DNA of 62,768 bases, counting the filler, from Nemertoderma westbladi (taxonomy: Eukaryota; Animalia; Xenacoelomorpha), in NCBI GenBank assembly GCA_032718475.1. It is 4 parts of 4 records of this genome, joined end to end, with 100 filler letters (N's around TTAATTAATTAA, not from the genome) between each part and the next. Parts side by side here need not be neighbours in the genome. Positions count along the whole stretch, not along the records: positions 31,302 to 53,199 come from JAUCBJ010000217.1; 3 more parts are not named here. One strand, 5' to 3'. Of this stretch, positions 39,041 to 50,871 are shown in pieces (the stretch's first letter is position 1; every line of letters starts with the position of its first letter). The notes below the pieces were generated by a model. That model was not told the origin of the DNA. It saw only the letters and a list, made by a program, of their open reading frames with translations, and searched no databases. A program made the position numbers and the translations under genes.

Positions 39041-40171
39041 ATGGATGATGGAAGGATTCCGTTGGGGAGCATAATCATTACAAACGATACTATCTGTTCA
39101 TTGCAGCTGAATGAAAACAATAAACAAGTTCATTCGGCCGTATCAGACTCAGTGGGGAAGAAAATTTAAGAAATCAAGAACAATCTTGCTAATGGCGAAA
39201 AAATTACTATCTTGGATATGATCTATAAGGTCTGCAAAGAGTCAGACAGCATAGTACTTAAACCTGATGCGGCACTCTCCCCTACTCATTCGATTACCAG
39301 CTCCAATTTGAACGGGCCTGCCGCTGTGACAAATGCTATTCAATGGGAGCAGTTGGCAAGTGCACTACTGCGTCAAATAACAAAGAAGCCAGCGGTCAAC
39401 CACTGTGAAAGTATTGAAGAAGACTCGAAGAATTCTGATGAAATGTCTGTTCTCGATTTACCCGACGAGCTGACAGTAGACAAACCACTTCCACGTGCAA
39501 CTATAAAAAAATTAAGAAATCGCACCCGCTTTGTAGAGCTGACAGAAGTAGCTAGCTTTGAAGACCTCAGAGACCGTCCTGGAAATAGCAAGTCGTCACC
39601 TAGGAGTACATCTACCGGAGGGCTTTTATCAGCGCTTCTTACCTTCGTACGATATAAATGCGCGCTATGGCCGGCTGATTCTGCCGGGATTCTCAATTAT
39701 TATTCTTCTCTCATGAGTCTAGCCCCCCATTACAGTTTTGAATACCTACAACGTGTAGATCGTGATCACCGACTGCGAGTAGAGGCCGGGTCGCAGTGGC
39801 AACGTGAAATTCACAACAGGAAGGCTGCTTCAGAGGATTTTTTGTCTGTATGCAGGTGGTGCGACCACTGTCACTTTGGCCAATGTGTATCATCGGCCCA
39901 AGCGCAATCGTCGAATAATAAGCGTCCATACACGCACCACGCTGCAGGTGGTATCTTCAACGCAATACAGTGTCGATACTGCAAGAAACACGGGCATTCA
40001 TATCAGTCCTGTTACAAAATAATGCGAAATGAAAACGCAGACACGGAAACATTTCGTGACAGCTCAAAATATCGCAACCAGCACCCAGAAAATCAGGGTT
40101 CACATCCTCTACCAAAGATACAACAGAAAAAATTCCATGGGAATACATATCAGATTCAACAAGGTCAATAA
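39041..40171 (+). pseudogene. Gag-like ORF of the YR retrotransposon
   Basis: ATG 39041 is in frame with ORF 39212-40171 across one TAA (39167); VDRDHRLRV; CRYCKKHGHSYQSC knuckle; an overlapping pol frame opens after tttcgtga. Confidence 0.75.
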
Positions 40172-40229
40172 ACACTTCTATTAAACTCACCCATGAAGTT
40201 CCGAAGTTCACATTTTATATTAATCAAAC

Positions 40230-41965
40230 ATATTATTATTATTATTATTATTAATTATCATCATACATATTATGTTTAAGATACATAATAGTACAGCTCC
40301 TAAGTAATTAAGTAATTAATGTAGGTAGCACAAACATAGAGAAAATTTATTAATTAATACAGTGCACGAAAAGATAATGTAAGCGGATGAGCTTAGCACA
40401 ACAACGCCTGTACCAAAAGAAATATGATTGTAAATATAAATATATGGCTATTTAACTTGAACCTATTAACGGCCTAACTAACACAAATATGTTTAAGAAT
40501 AACTTCAAGTTCCTCTTGCTCAAAACCAGGTACTTCAAGATTATTGTGGCGGCACTCAATAATCTCTCTACATGTGTCTACTAAGTTCACGTTTTCACTG
40601 TTTAAATACCACTTTTTATTAAAAATATCTGCACGAACAATAAAATTACTATCAAGATTACAATGATTATTAATACGTTTAAGATTTGCACCACTCACTG
40701 TCCTACAATCAAAAAATACCAAGTTCGCAAGGAAACGTATCGACGGTTTCTTGCTAAGAAGGACCGTATCCGAAAACTTTAAGAGACGACTACATAACAT
40801 GGATGTTGGATACGGAAAATGTGCCAAACCTTCTACTATAAACCTATGGGTGTTGTACGGTAACTTAAACACAGTTCTAACATTAATATTCCAAGAACGA
40901 ATCAAACGTAGGCAACTTTCATCCCAAAGGTCCCACAAAGCACTCCCGTAAAAACTGGTTGCATAAATACGCTGCAATTCTAATAAACAGGACGGATGCG
41001 AGAATGAGAATTCTTGTCGTAGACACCCTAATTTTCCTATAAATTTACCACGTTTATTTAAAATATCCGAGTTACTTGTACCTTTATAATTAAAAATATT
41101 ACCTAAATGTATAGCTTCCTGTACCCATGGCAACCTAATGCCATCTACGGTAAGATTAATATTCGGTGGATTCCACCTATTAGCGAATGGAATGCATTTG
41201 GATTTACTTTTATTTGGGTCAATATTGGTACTGAATTGCATTTTATATTCTTTGGCAAAACAACTGCAAATGTTAAGCATATACTGCAAGCCGCTAATAG
41301 ATGGACATAATAAAAAGATGTCATCCGCATAAACAACTACCCCAAAATATCTAGAACCAATATGACAACCAATGTTAGCATTACGTAAATATATAATGAG
41401 TTTATTTATAACAACACAAAATAACAATGGTGAAGCAACCGAGCCTTGTCGCACACCATTACTAATAGGAAACTCCCGGGAATCTGTCTTTCCCCAACGC
41501 ACAATGCATGACTGATTTCTATATATATATATTAGAGTACGAATAAATAACGGCGAAAGTCCATTACTAAGCAATTCTAAAAACAATGCGTGCCACTCCA
41601 CCAAATCGAAAGCTTTGGTAAGATCTAATAAACAACCAAAAACTGGTGTAGAGAACCGAGAGTAAAACGATATGCATTCTTTCGCAGCCCAGCTACACAT
41701 AGAAGTACTGGAATCTGGTTGGAAACCAAATTGCAGCTCATCTAACTTAAGTGAATCACGTTGAGATATAATAACTACCCACTCAAAAATCTTTAATACT
41801 AAGGAAGACAATGCTATTGCTCTATAATTAGAGGATGAGGCACTATCTCCTAACTTATCTTTAATCAGTGGTATAATTGCAGATTTCAATAACAGCAAAG
41901 GAACGTAACCATGATATAAAAATGAGTTGAATAGAATACACAAATGGTCTGCCAATTCCGAGTTG
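40230..41965 (-). mobile_element. 5'-truncated LINE with intact RT and C-terminus (stop at 40474), between gag and pol
   Basis: NYRAIAL, QFGFQ, LDLTKAFD, GVRQGSVASPLLF, YADD; (TAA)n tail at ~40230-40252; truncated at a (TA)n run. Confidence 0.9.
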
Positions 41966-42249
41966 TAATATATATATATATATGTATATACTTGCATTAT
42001 CGGGGGCCAAATAATTAGTATGTACAATGTATGTACATATAAATGTGAAGTTTTTGCTTTGTTTGATTTTTTCACTACTTGCACGATGATATTATACAGT
42101 TATAGGTACCAATACAGTATATTATATCCATTAATAGAGTTGATTTATATTCATCCACGCGATATATACGCATGTTTGTTTAGGCCAGTTATGTCAGTGG
42201 TGCATGATACTCATAAATATATTATATACAGTATATCGTATTATATATG

Positions 42250-43115
42250 AAGATGCAACAAAATATCGTTGCGGAATGCAACAAATTATAGTTGCGGGAT
42301 GCAACAAATTATCGTTGCGGGATGCAACAAATTATCGTTGAGGGATGCAACAAATTATCGTTGCGGGATGCCACAAATTATCGTTGCAGGATGCAACAAA
42401 TTATAGTTGCGGGATGCAACAAATTATCGTTGCGGGATGCAACAAAATAGCGTTGCGGGATGCAACAAATTATCTTTGCGGGATGTAACAAATTATAGTT
42501 GTGGGATGCAACAAATTATCGTTGCGGGATGCAACAAAATAGCGTTGCGGGATGCAACAAATTATCGTTGCGGGATGCAACAAATTATCGTTGCGGGATG
42601 CAACAAATTATCGTTGCGGGATGCAACAAATTATCGTTGCGGGATGTAACAAATTATAGTTGTGGGATGCAACAAATTATCGTTGCGGGATGCAACAATT
42701 ATAGTTGCGGGATGCAACAAATTATCGTTGCGGGATGCAACAAAATATCGTTGCGGGATGCAACAAATTATCGTTGCGGAATGCAACAAATTATCGTTGC
42801 GGGATGCAACAAATTATCGTTGCGGGATGCAAAAAATTATCGTTGCGGGATGCAACAAATTATCGTTGCGGGATGTAACAAATTATAGTTGCGGGATGCA
42901 ACAAATTATCGTTGCGGGATGCAACAATTATAGTTGCGGGATGCAACAAATTATAGTTGCGGGATGCAACAAATTATCGTTGCGGGATGCAACAAATTAT
43001 AGTTGCGGTATGCAACAAATTATCGTTGCGGGATGCAACAAATTATCGTTGCGGGATGCAACAAATTGGCGGTGTGGGATGGTACAAATAAACGTTTCAG
43101 ACTGCAACAAAATTT
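42250..43115. repeat. 23-bp satellite, ~37 copies
   Basis: ttatcgttgcgggatgcaacaaa with internal gttgc/gcaac inverted pair. Confidence 0.97.
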
Positions 43116-43192
43116 AAAAGGTTATAAGTTGTACTTCTTTAGAGATGAACAGAACATATTTTAGGATTCTCAATCACCCGCTACATGGTGTA

Positions 43193-44760
43193 AACTAGGA
43201 ATAATTCCTAGAAAGAACTGATTTATTGGACAAATACCATCTACAAATTAAACCGAATTTGGAATCCATAAATTGAATAGTTAAAATTTCTAATGAATGA
43301 TACGGCATACTGCACGTTTACATTAGTTAGAAATTAAGTGTTTAAACAGTAAGGTTCTTTGAAAAAGGGTATATAAATTAGGCATATTTTCAATAAGGGC
43401 GGCTTATTCTCAAACTATGAAACCACGCACGGTGGCTGGCGTAACCACTGCCAAACTCACTCACGAAGGAAGAATTCAGATAGCTCCACCAACAAATGAG
43501 TTCCTAAATTTAAAACTACTCCCTATGGATTTCATGATAGCATTACAACCTTCAACTCCAATTAACACGGAGAACTTGGAAGCGGATCTCATTAGAGTCG
43601 ACACGCTTGATGAAGTTATTATCCACACTCTGCTCACTGAACTCAGAGAAGGAGCCAGAGTAGGGTACAAAGGACCAAGAAATGTTCGCATATCTAGGAG
43701 GAACAATCGCAGCAGCGCCTTAGATCACGCCCAAGTAGTCGACAACATGTTAGTAGCTGAAATAGAAAATGGATACCTACAGGGCCCATTCATAAAACGC
43801 CCCCGTATCACTGAAAACGAGAGCTTAAATATAATTAATGCTCTAACACTCAGTTTAGTACCAAATAAAAAACCCAGACTTTGCGTAGACTGCACGAATG
43901 ATTCCAATGAGACTCTCAACAGTTATATCGATGATGATGATGCTACAGTAGAGTACACAAACGTTGAAAACATCGTAACTAGGAATAATTCCTAGAAAGA
44001 ACTGATTTATTGGACAAATACCATCTACAAATTAAACCGAATTTGGAATCCATAAATTGAATAGTTAAAATTTCTAATGAATGATACGGCATACTGCACG
44101 TTTACATTAGTTAGAAATTAAGTGTTTAAACAGTAAGGTTCTTTGAAAAAAGGTATATAAATTAGGCATATTTTCAATAAGGGTGGCTTATTCTCAAACT
44201 ATGAAACCACGCACGGTGGCTGGCGTAACCACTGCCAAACTCACTCACGAAGGAAGAATTCAGATAGCTCCACCAACAAATGAGTTCCTAAATTTAAAAC
44301 TACTCCCTATGGATTTCAAGATAGCATTACAACCTTCAACTCCAATTAACACGGAGAACTTGGAAGCGGATCTCATTAGAGTCGACACGCTTGATGAAGT
44401 TATTATCCACACTCTGCTCACCGAACTCAGAGAAGGAGCCAGAGTAGGGTACAAAGGACCAAGAAATGTTCGCATATCTAGGAGGAACAATCGCAGCAGC
44501 GCCTTAGATCACGCCCAAGTAGTCGACAACATGTTAGTAGCTGAAATAGAAAATGGATACCTACAGGGCCCATTCATAAAACGCCCCCGTATCACTGAAA
44601 ACGAGAGCTTAAATATAATTAATGCTCTAACACTCAGTTTAGTACCAAATAAAAAACCCAGACTTTGCGTAGACTGCACGAATGATTCCAATGAGACTCT
44701 CAACAGTTATATCGATGATGATGATGCTACAGTAGAGTACACAAACGTTGAAAACATCGT
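43193..44760 (+). repeat. 784-bp tandem duplication including the start of pol
   Basis: ATGAAACCA at 43417 and 44201; I saw about four substitutions between copies. Confidence 0.95.
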
Positions 44761-46040
44761 AAAAGGAATCATAGCCTGTGGAGAAAGTCCCTTAATAGGA
44801 AAAATAGATGTAAAGGATGCTTTTAAAACAATACCTATTTCTAAGTCGGACTGGAATTTATTTGGAATACGCTGGCGCGGTTTATTTTTCGTATATACAA
44901 GGTTGGTTTTTGGACTACGTATTGCAAGTCGTATTTATCAATATCACAGCACTGCTGTACGATTAGCCATAGAATCCTTCCTTGAACGAACAGAGTGTCC
45001 ACCTAATTACATAAACGACCTGGACACGATAAAATCCAAAGTGTATTGCAATGAGTTATGCCATTTGGATCATCTGCTCGATGACACGATAGTGACAACG
45101 ATAAACCACCAAGGCATTTCAGAGTTCATATTTAACACCATCATTAATAAGTTCAACCACTATGGAATTCCGCTCAACCAGCAACAAATTTAAACCAGCA
45201 ACAAAGCAGATTGTATTTGGTATTGGAATTGATACGGAAAACAAACGCTTTTATATCCCAGAAGACAAAAAAGAATGAGCCTTAGCAGAAATCGAGTTTT
45301 TACGCAGTATTTCACCAGGTGTCTTCATTCCCAAGAAAAAAGTGCAAACAATAATAGGCAGGCTGTCATTTATAAGTAAAGCGGTCTGTGCGGGGAGAAT
45401 ATTTCTTAGACATCTCATCGATTTAATCTGCGTTCCTCTCAATCAGCACAATGTACAAATAACACTCGAAATACAGGAAGATCTCAGATTCTGGACAGAA
45501 GCTATGGTTTGCATAGATGCCGGCGATGCACCTTTTCACATACCGTCAATAATATTACCTGCCACACATGAAATAGCTACGGATGCAACCCTATTTGCCG
45601 CGGGCGCAGTTTGCAGTCAGAGCTGGTTCGCTTTATTGTATCCGGAATGGCTTATACAGATTCGCAACAACATTGCAATAAAGGAACTTATTGCCCTAAC
45701 TTTAGCAATAAGAATATGGGGATATCGTTTTAGTGGCTGCCGTTTATTAGTACATACAGACAACATGGGCAATATCGGTGCACTATCACGAGGCTCAAGC
45801 TCTAACAAGGTTATAATGACCCTCATACGATACCTATATTACTTATGCATGAAACAAGGACTGATGATATACATTAACTACATAAACACTCACGACAACA
45901 AAGCGCCCGATCTGCTCAGTCGACTAAAAATCGACCAATTCAAAGCTGAGTTTCCCAATGCAGATGACAACCCTACGGATGCAATGGGGGCATGGGCAGA
46001 AATTTCAGAGCGTATTACACCAATGTATTCAGCTTTGTAG
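44201..46040 (+). pseudogene. DIRS/Ngaro RT-RNase H (frameshift ~45185, TGA ~45277)
   Basis: STPINT, KIDVKDAFKTIPI, LVFGLRIAS, HLLDD; RNase H ATDAT, IAIKELIAL, HTDN, NKAPDLLSR. Confidence 0.9.
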
Positions 46041-46365
46041 CAGCGTCAGACATCATTGCATTTCAGAGGACACATTTTATAAATTGCAGGTATTATTATA
46101 TTAGTAACGTAGGAAGGGCCCCTCACATTAATGCTAGATTCGTTTCATATACATTTGTCATATCTTTTACATTGAGTACGGTGAATATTACCGTAAATAT
46201 TTATTACAAATTATTTCATGTTTAATATCAGATATTATTACATATCGCGGTAATAAAGTTTATAATTAATACATATTCAACTCACAATAAAAAGGTCTAC
46301 AATAAGACAATAGTTCGTTTGTCAGTATTCAATGGGACAAAGTATACACAATTATACTTATACAC

Positions 46366-47251
46366 TTATACAGAAAGCAACCTTTGTGCACGTAGAATAT
46401 CATTATTATGTAGCCGCACATATATAAGGTAACAATCGCTAACCCATCGACCCATCTTCTTTATCACTCCTACAGGAACTCCACATTTAGCCGCCTCGGT
46501 AGCCAAGCCAGCACGAAGGCTGTGACTAGAATAGCCTGCACCTAAATGCTTATGCAGCACAGAGTTTACGATAGAGGAACTCAATGCAATTCCTTTGTGC
46601 GACAAAAATAATGGGGAAGTGAATGGCGCAAACGTGTCCCTATAGCGTAGATAGCACTTCATAGCACGCAGAGGACAAAGGGCCATTGGTTCTTGCGACG
46701 GGGCATTCAGTTTTAACAGACGTAGTTTTCGTTTTATGTAGAGATATCACCAAATGATTTCTATAGCAGACAATATCTCTTCGGCATAGACCTGTTAACT
46801 CGGAAACTCATAGAGCACCATAAAATCCTAACAAAACATACGCCATTATATACTGCCCTTCTAACACAGGCATTGAAATATTGTTGGTAACATCTTTTTG
46901 AAAACGCAGTAACATTCCGGTTGTTACGGGAATGGATCGTCTCGTAGGAATTGCAACTGCATTTTTATAACCTCTGAGCAAGCGAGATATCACGTCAGCG
47001 TCAATACATTGAGCCACCTGGCGTGCTGCAGCCTCACTTCTTACAGCAGAGATCATACATCGCACAGTAACAATGCTATATGACTGTGAGTATAGATAAG
47101 CAACAAATCGCTCCAAAGTTTGATCGGTTATCGGTACAGGAGATAAACCTAACTTCACGCAGCACGCTAAGTACTTAGTCCACCATATACGATATTTTGA
47201 CCTCGTGGAATTCCGTAAGAATCCCACTCGCTTCAATTTGACACCATATAC
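46366..47251 (-). pseudogene. Tyrosine recombinase (stop at the catalytic Arg, plus a frameshift)
   Basis: STRSKY..WW..Y, LGFYGAL*VSEL, LCPLRAM, SSHSLRAGLAT, MGRWVSDCYLIYVR. Confidence 0.92.
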
Positions 47252-48812
47252 TGGCCATCCACCTGGCGTTGGAATCAGCACCAGGCTGATAGAATGTATG
47301 TGGGTATTCGCCACCAAGTAGAAAAATGGCAAGTACAAGAAGTTCTCGATAATCGGCACGTCAGTTAATAGTGCCCAACAGTTCCTTAAGGTCATGTCTT
47401 TCCTGGACATATTTATCAGTATCAGGTAGACATTGACCCTTTGTTAGATCTAGGGCCATCCATTGTTCGCGTAGTCTACCATGAAATCGGGGACTAGGGC
47501 CAATGGTTGCACCAAATACCAGGCTGTGTACTGCACTGACTATAACCTCCCCAATGTGGTGGCGGCAGGCAAGCCATATCACTCGCCGATCTAACCACTT
47601 CTCCAGCTGTACACAGGTGCCATCCAGCCAACCAGAATTAGAATTAGTCGTGTCAAAGACAAGAAATGCTACCAAGGCTTTGATATTCCATTCAGAAATG
47701 TAACGTTGTACTATTGAAGTAATGTCCCGAGAGGAACTAGTACTTGCAGCTCCAATTCCCAACAGTTTTGTGTACTTTGTGCTGCCATCAGCATTTGGGA
47801 CACCACTGCCAGTTATGGCTACAACACATCGATCAACATCTGTAAGGGAGCATTTCAGATGAGCCATTTTTTTCCCATCCCAGTGGACTGCAATTTTGTG
47901 TTCTCCAGGATCAAAGGAGTCCTTGATATATTTGGCCCTTGCTGCTCGAGATGCTGACCGGCCACTTAGTGTGCTAGTTTTGCTGAGTGTGACCTGATCT
48001 AGATTACCTCCACTGGCCTTGATAATTGCAGCAGTGTAGGCTGTTGCAGCTCCAGATGAAATTCCAATGCGATCAGCAGTCTGAGCTACTGTCTGGTCAT
48101 TCATTATGTTCCGTGGCATCATCAGTTGCACTGAGGCACACCTCTTGCTTGATGTTGCTGAAGATGGTGGAAGATAGTCAACATCAGAATCAGTACTATC
48201 ATCCTCTGAAGCAGACCTCGACATATCAAGTTCAACAATTTTGTCCAAGTCATTTTGCTTTCTAAGCATTTCTTTCCATTCCCTGTCAAGTTTACGGTCC
48301 AGTTTGTCTTTTTGTTTCATAGCTTCCTCTTCGTATTTCAAATCCCTTGATTTCAGAAATGGTAGATCTTCTCCCTGTCTAAGTTTTCGAATCCATTCAC
48401 ATTCTTCAGGCAGCAGCATACCATCGTGTTTCTTAACAGAAATATCAAATAGCTTGTTCATCTCTTCAGACAATTTATTTATCCTTTCCAATGTTTTGCC
48501 AGTTTTTCTACATTCAGGTGGTTGTTTATCAATTGAAAGCCACCTCTCATACAGCTTTCTTACCTTGTCAAGGACATTCAATTCATTATGATAGTACATA
48601 GAACCTGCCTCCATCCATATTTTCCGGATTTCTGATGCGACTAATCCAGCTGACTTATTCTTGGGAATACCTTCCTCTCGACAAAAATAGACCATTTTTT
48701 GAAGAACAGAAATGTTAAATGGTAAATGGCAATTTCGAAAATTACTATCAAGGCTCTTTCCAATCAGGAGATATTCAGATTGTTGTTTCCGTGTACTGTA
48801 GCAACTTGCCAT
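47252..48812 (-). pseudogene. hATm-like transposase, N-terminal part
   Basis: VHWDGK, VFDTTNSNSG, WLACRHH; past the TGA at 47361-63 the frame continues RADYRELLVLAIFLLGG...PGADSNARWMA. Confidence 0.85.
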
Positions 48813-49888
48813 TGTATTATAATCTATACCTTATAATATATAACTCAAAATTCGATTATTGGATAATAGGCTACCGGTACAGTACTGTAGTAACTGAATA
48901 TCACTCACTAAACCTACTGTATGTAGTAGGCTACATCAGTATAAGAAAGTACAAAGGCATGTGTTTTAGGGTAGGCCTACTGGTACCGGTAGATAGGACA
49001 GTGGCATGCAGAACATCCAAAATGAAAGAGTGGATCAGAAGTGCAGTAGCGCAGTATACGCGTCATGTAGTGTCATTTGTATAGGCCTACAGGTATTACA
49101 TTACTACAACTGTACAGTACAGTACCCTAAAGCAGCCATTCAAATTAAAGATAAACATATGACAAACGTGATGTTATCAGTATTTTTTAAATCTAATGCA
49201 TTCCATGAAAACTGTCCCTTAACCGCGCTCAAGCTCATTGGGCGATAAATTTTGCGATAAGTCAAAAATTCATTTAGCTCCAGTAACTTGCATGTTCAAC
49301 ATTATGATTCCATACTTGGCACAACTTAATATTATGGGAAATAGAACAAATTAAGCTGACAAGTCTTCTCTGTATCTCAATTAGACTGCACTGAAATTTT
49401 AACTTTTTTCAAAATTATGAAGACTTGTTGATTGAATTTGTTCCAATTTGGTCACTGACCACCAAATGATAAGCTGTTTCGTGATAACTTTATCATGTGG
49501 GCTACTGGGGGTTAATAAAGTTTACTGGATCAAGCGCCGGTATAGTTTATCGCGAAGTCCATAAATTTTTTATGGTTCCATTTTTTTAAAAATGTGTTGT
49601 TACTAATGTGATCATAATACCATAAGCTTTCATTTGAATGGCTGGAATATATGCTTTTTTGTAACTTTTTAAACTATTACTAATATATCATAATAACGCA
49701 ATTTCATATATCGCGATCACCCAGTATATAACTCTGAAAGCACTACTTAATTGTTGGCAGGACTGGTATATAAAACAGAAAATACAATGCAACAGATAAC
49801 AGAACAATTAGAATAGTACCTATGATCTAATCAACTCAACAAAGTTAGTACTGTATTAATTTTAGTATATGTTTCTACACTAGGTCCA

Positions 49889-50655
49889 TCAGAGTCTTTC
49901 CTTGAGAGTACGCTTTTGAAAATCTGGAACTTTCTTGCGACTGTCTTCAACGACTTGTAGTACAGCTTGATGTTCCTTCTCATCCTTAGTAAGGAGTCCA
50001 TTGTAAATTGCCTGGGTACGGATAAGTCTTTCTGACAGGTCATTCACGGGATCCTTGTCATTGATAATACAACAAAATTGATTGTAATCATCATAGAGTA
50101 CCCAAGTTGCTGGTTTTTGGTGTAACCAATCAAATGACAACCCCAACAACCGGGGCATTAGCCATGAATCAGGGCCAATGAGATCCTCCAAAGTTGTGCC
50201 ATTGTTCAGGTTTACATTGTTTGGTGGAACCTCACGACTAGTCTTGGTTCCTTTCTTGACCACTGCTGCCACAGAAAGATCCCGTCGATCATCATTTGGT
50301 TTAGCTTCGAGCATCGCAATAGCAATCCTCTCCTTTTGTTCATTGGAGACCCGATCATTTGCCAGACTAACAGGTACCACTTCCTGCCTCAGGTACCACA
50401 GATGGCCAGTTAGTTTCTTTATTACCACTTGTCCCAGTTCAACATCAGATAAATTCAGTGCCCTGAAATATAACTCCAAATCATTTCTGGGAGCATCCAC
50501 TAGCACTGGACACCGTATCCACCATCCAACATATGTGCTGGCAACAAACTGAACAAAGCGCTCAAGTCGCTGCTCAAGCTGGATACTACCTTGTGTCTTC
50601 TGGTGAAGTTGACCTCTGAATATATATAATTTAAAAGCATACATCAGGATGGCCA
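49889..50655 (-). pseudogene. hATm-like transposase, C-terminal part
   Basis: AILMYAFKLYIF, APRNDL, HLWYL, PVNDLSER, LQVVEDSRKKVP. Confidence 0.85.
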
Positions 50656-50871
50656 ATACACTGTAAAATCATCATTTAATCCATCACAATTACATGTATA
50701 TAAGTTGCAATTTATATACTAACAGAATACGGCTTTAAAATTGATAGAATACTGCCCTAAGACAGTATTATTTTTCAATTATTTCTTCAAATTCGGAATC
50801 TTTAGGAAATTTAACCCTAGAAATGATGAAAATACCATGCTTTCTACAAATTTCATATTTACCCATTATGT

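Larger units (their letters stand above)
39041..47251 (+). mobile_element. DIRS/Ngaro-type tyrosine-recombinase retrotransposon, degenerate, with nested insertions
   Basis: gag, RT and RNase H on plus; YR on minus; no DDE integrase or protease seen; termini not found. Confidence 0.8.
47252..50655 (-). mobile_element. Circularly permuted hAT-related (hATm-like) DNA transposon
   Basis: The C-terminal half lies upstream of the N-terminal half; both borders carry TGGCCA; joining them restores ARWMAILMYAFK in frame. Confidence 0.85.

Noticed and set aside
41966-42084. N-terminus of the 536-aa RT ORF
   Set aside because: It reads through a (TA)n run and flank; RT similarity starts near NSELADHL.
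45275-47363. TGA recoding or alternative genetic code
   Set aside because: The same elements also carry frameshifts and a TAA stop, and TGA terminates the 49889 ORF at its expected end.
46808-47410. The 200-aa ORF as one protein
   Set aside because: It is a chimaera: an off-frame transposase stretch fused at TGGCCA to the YR frame.
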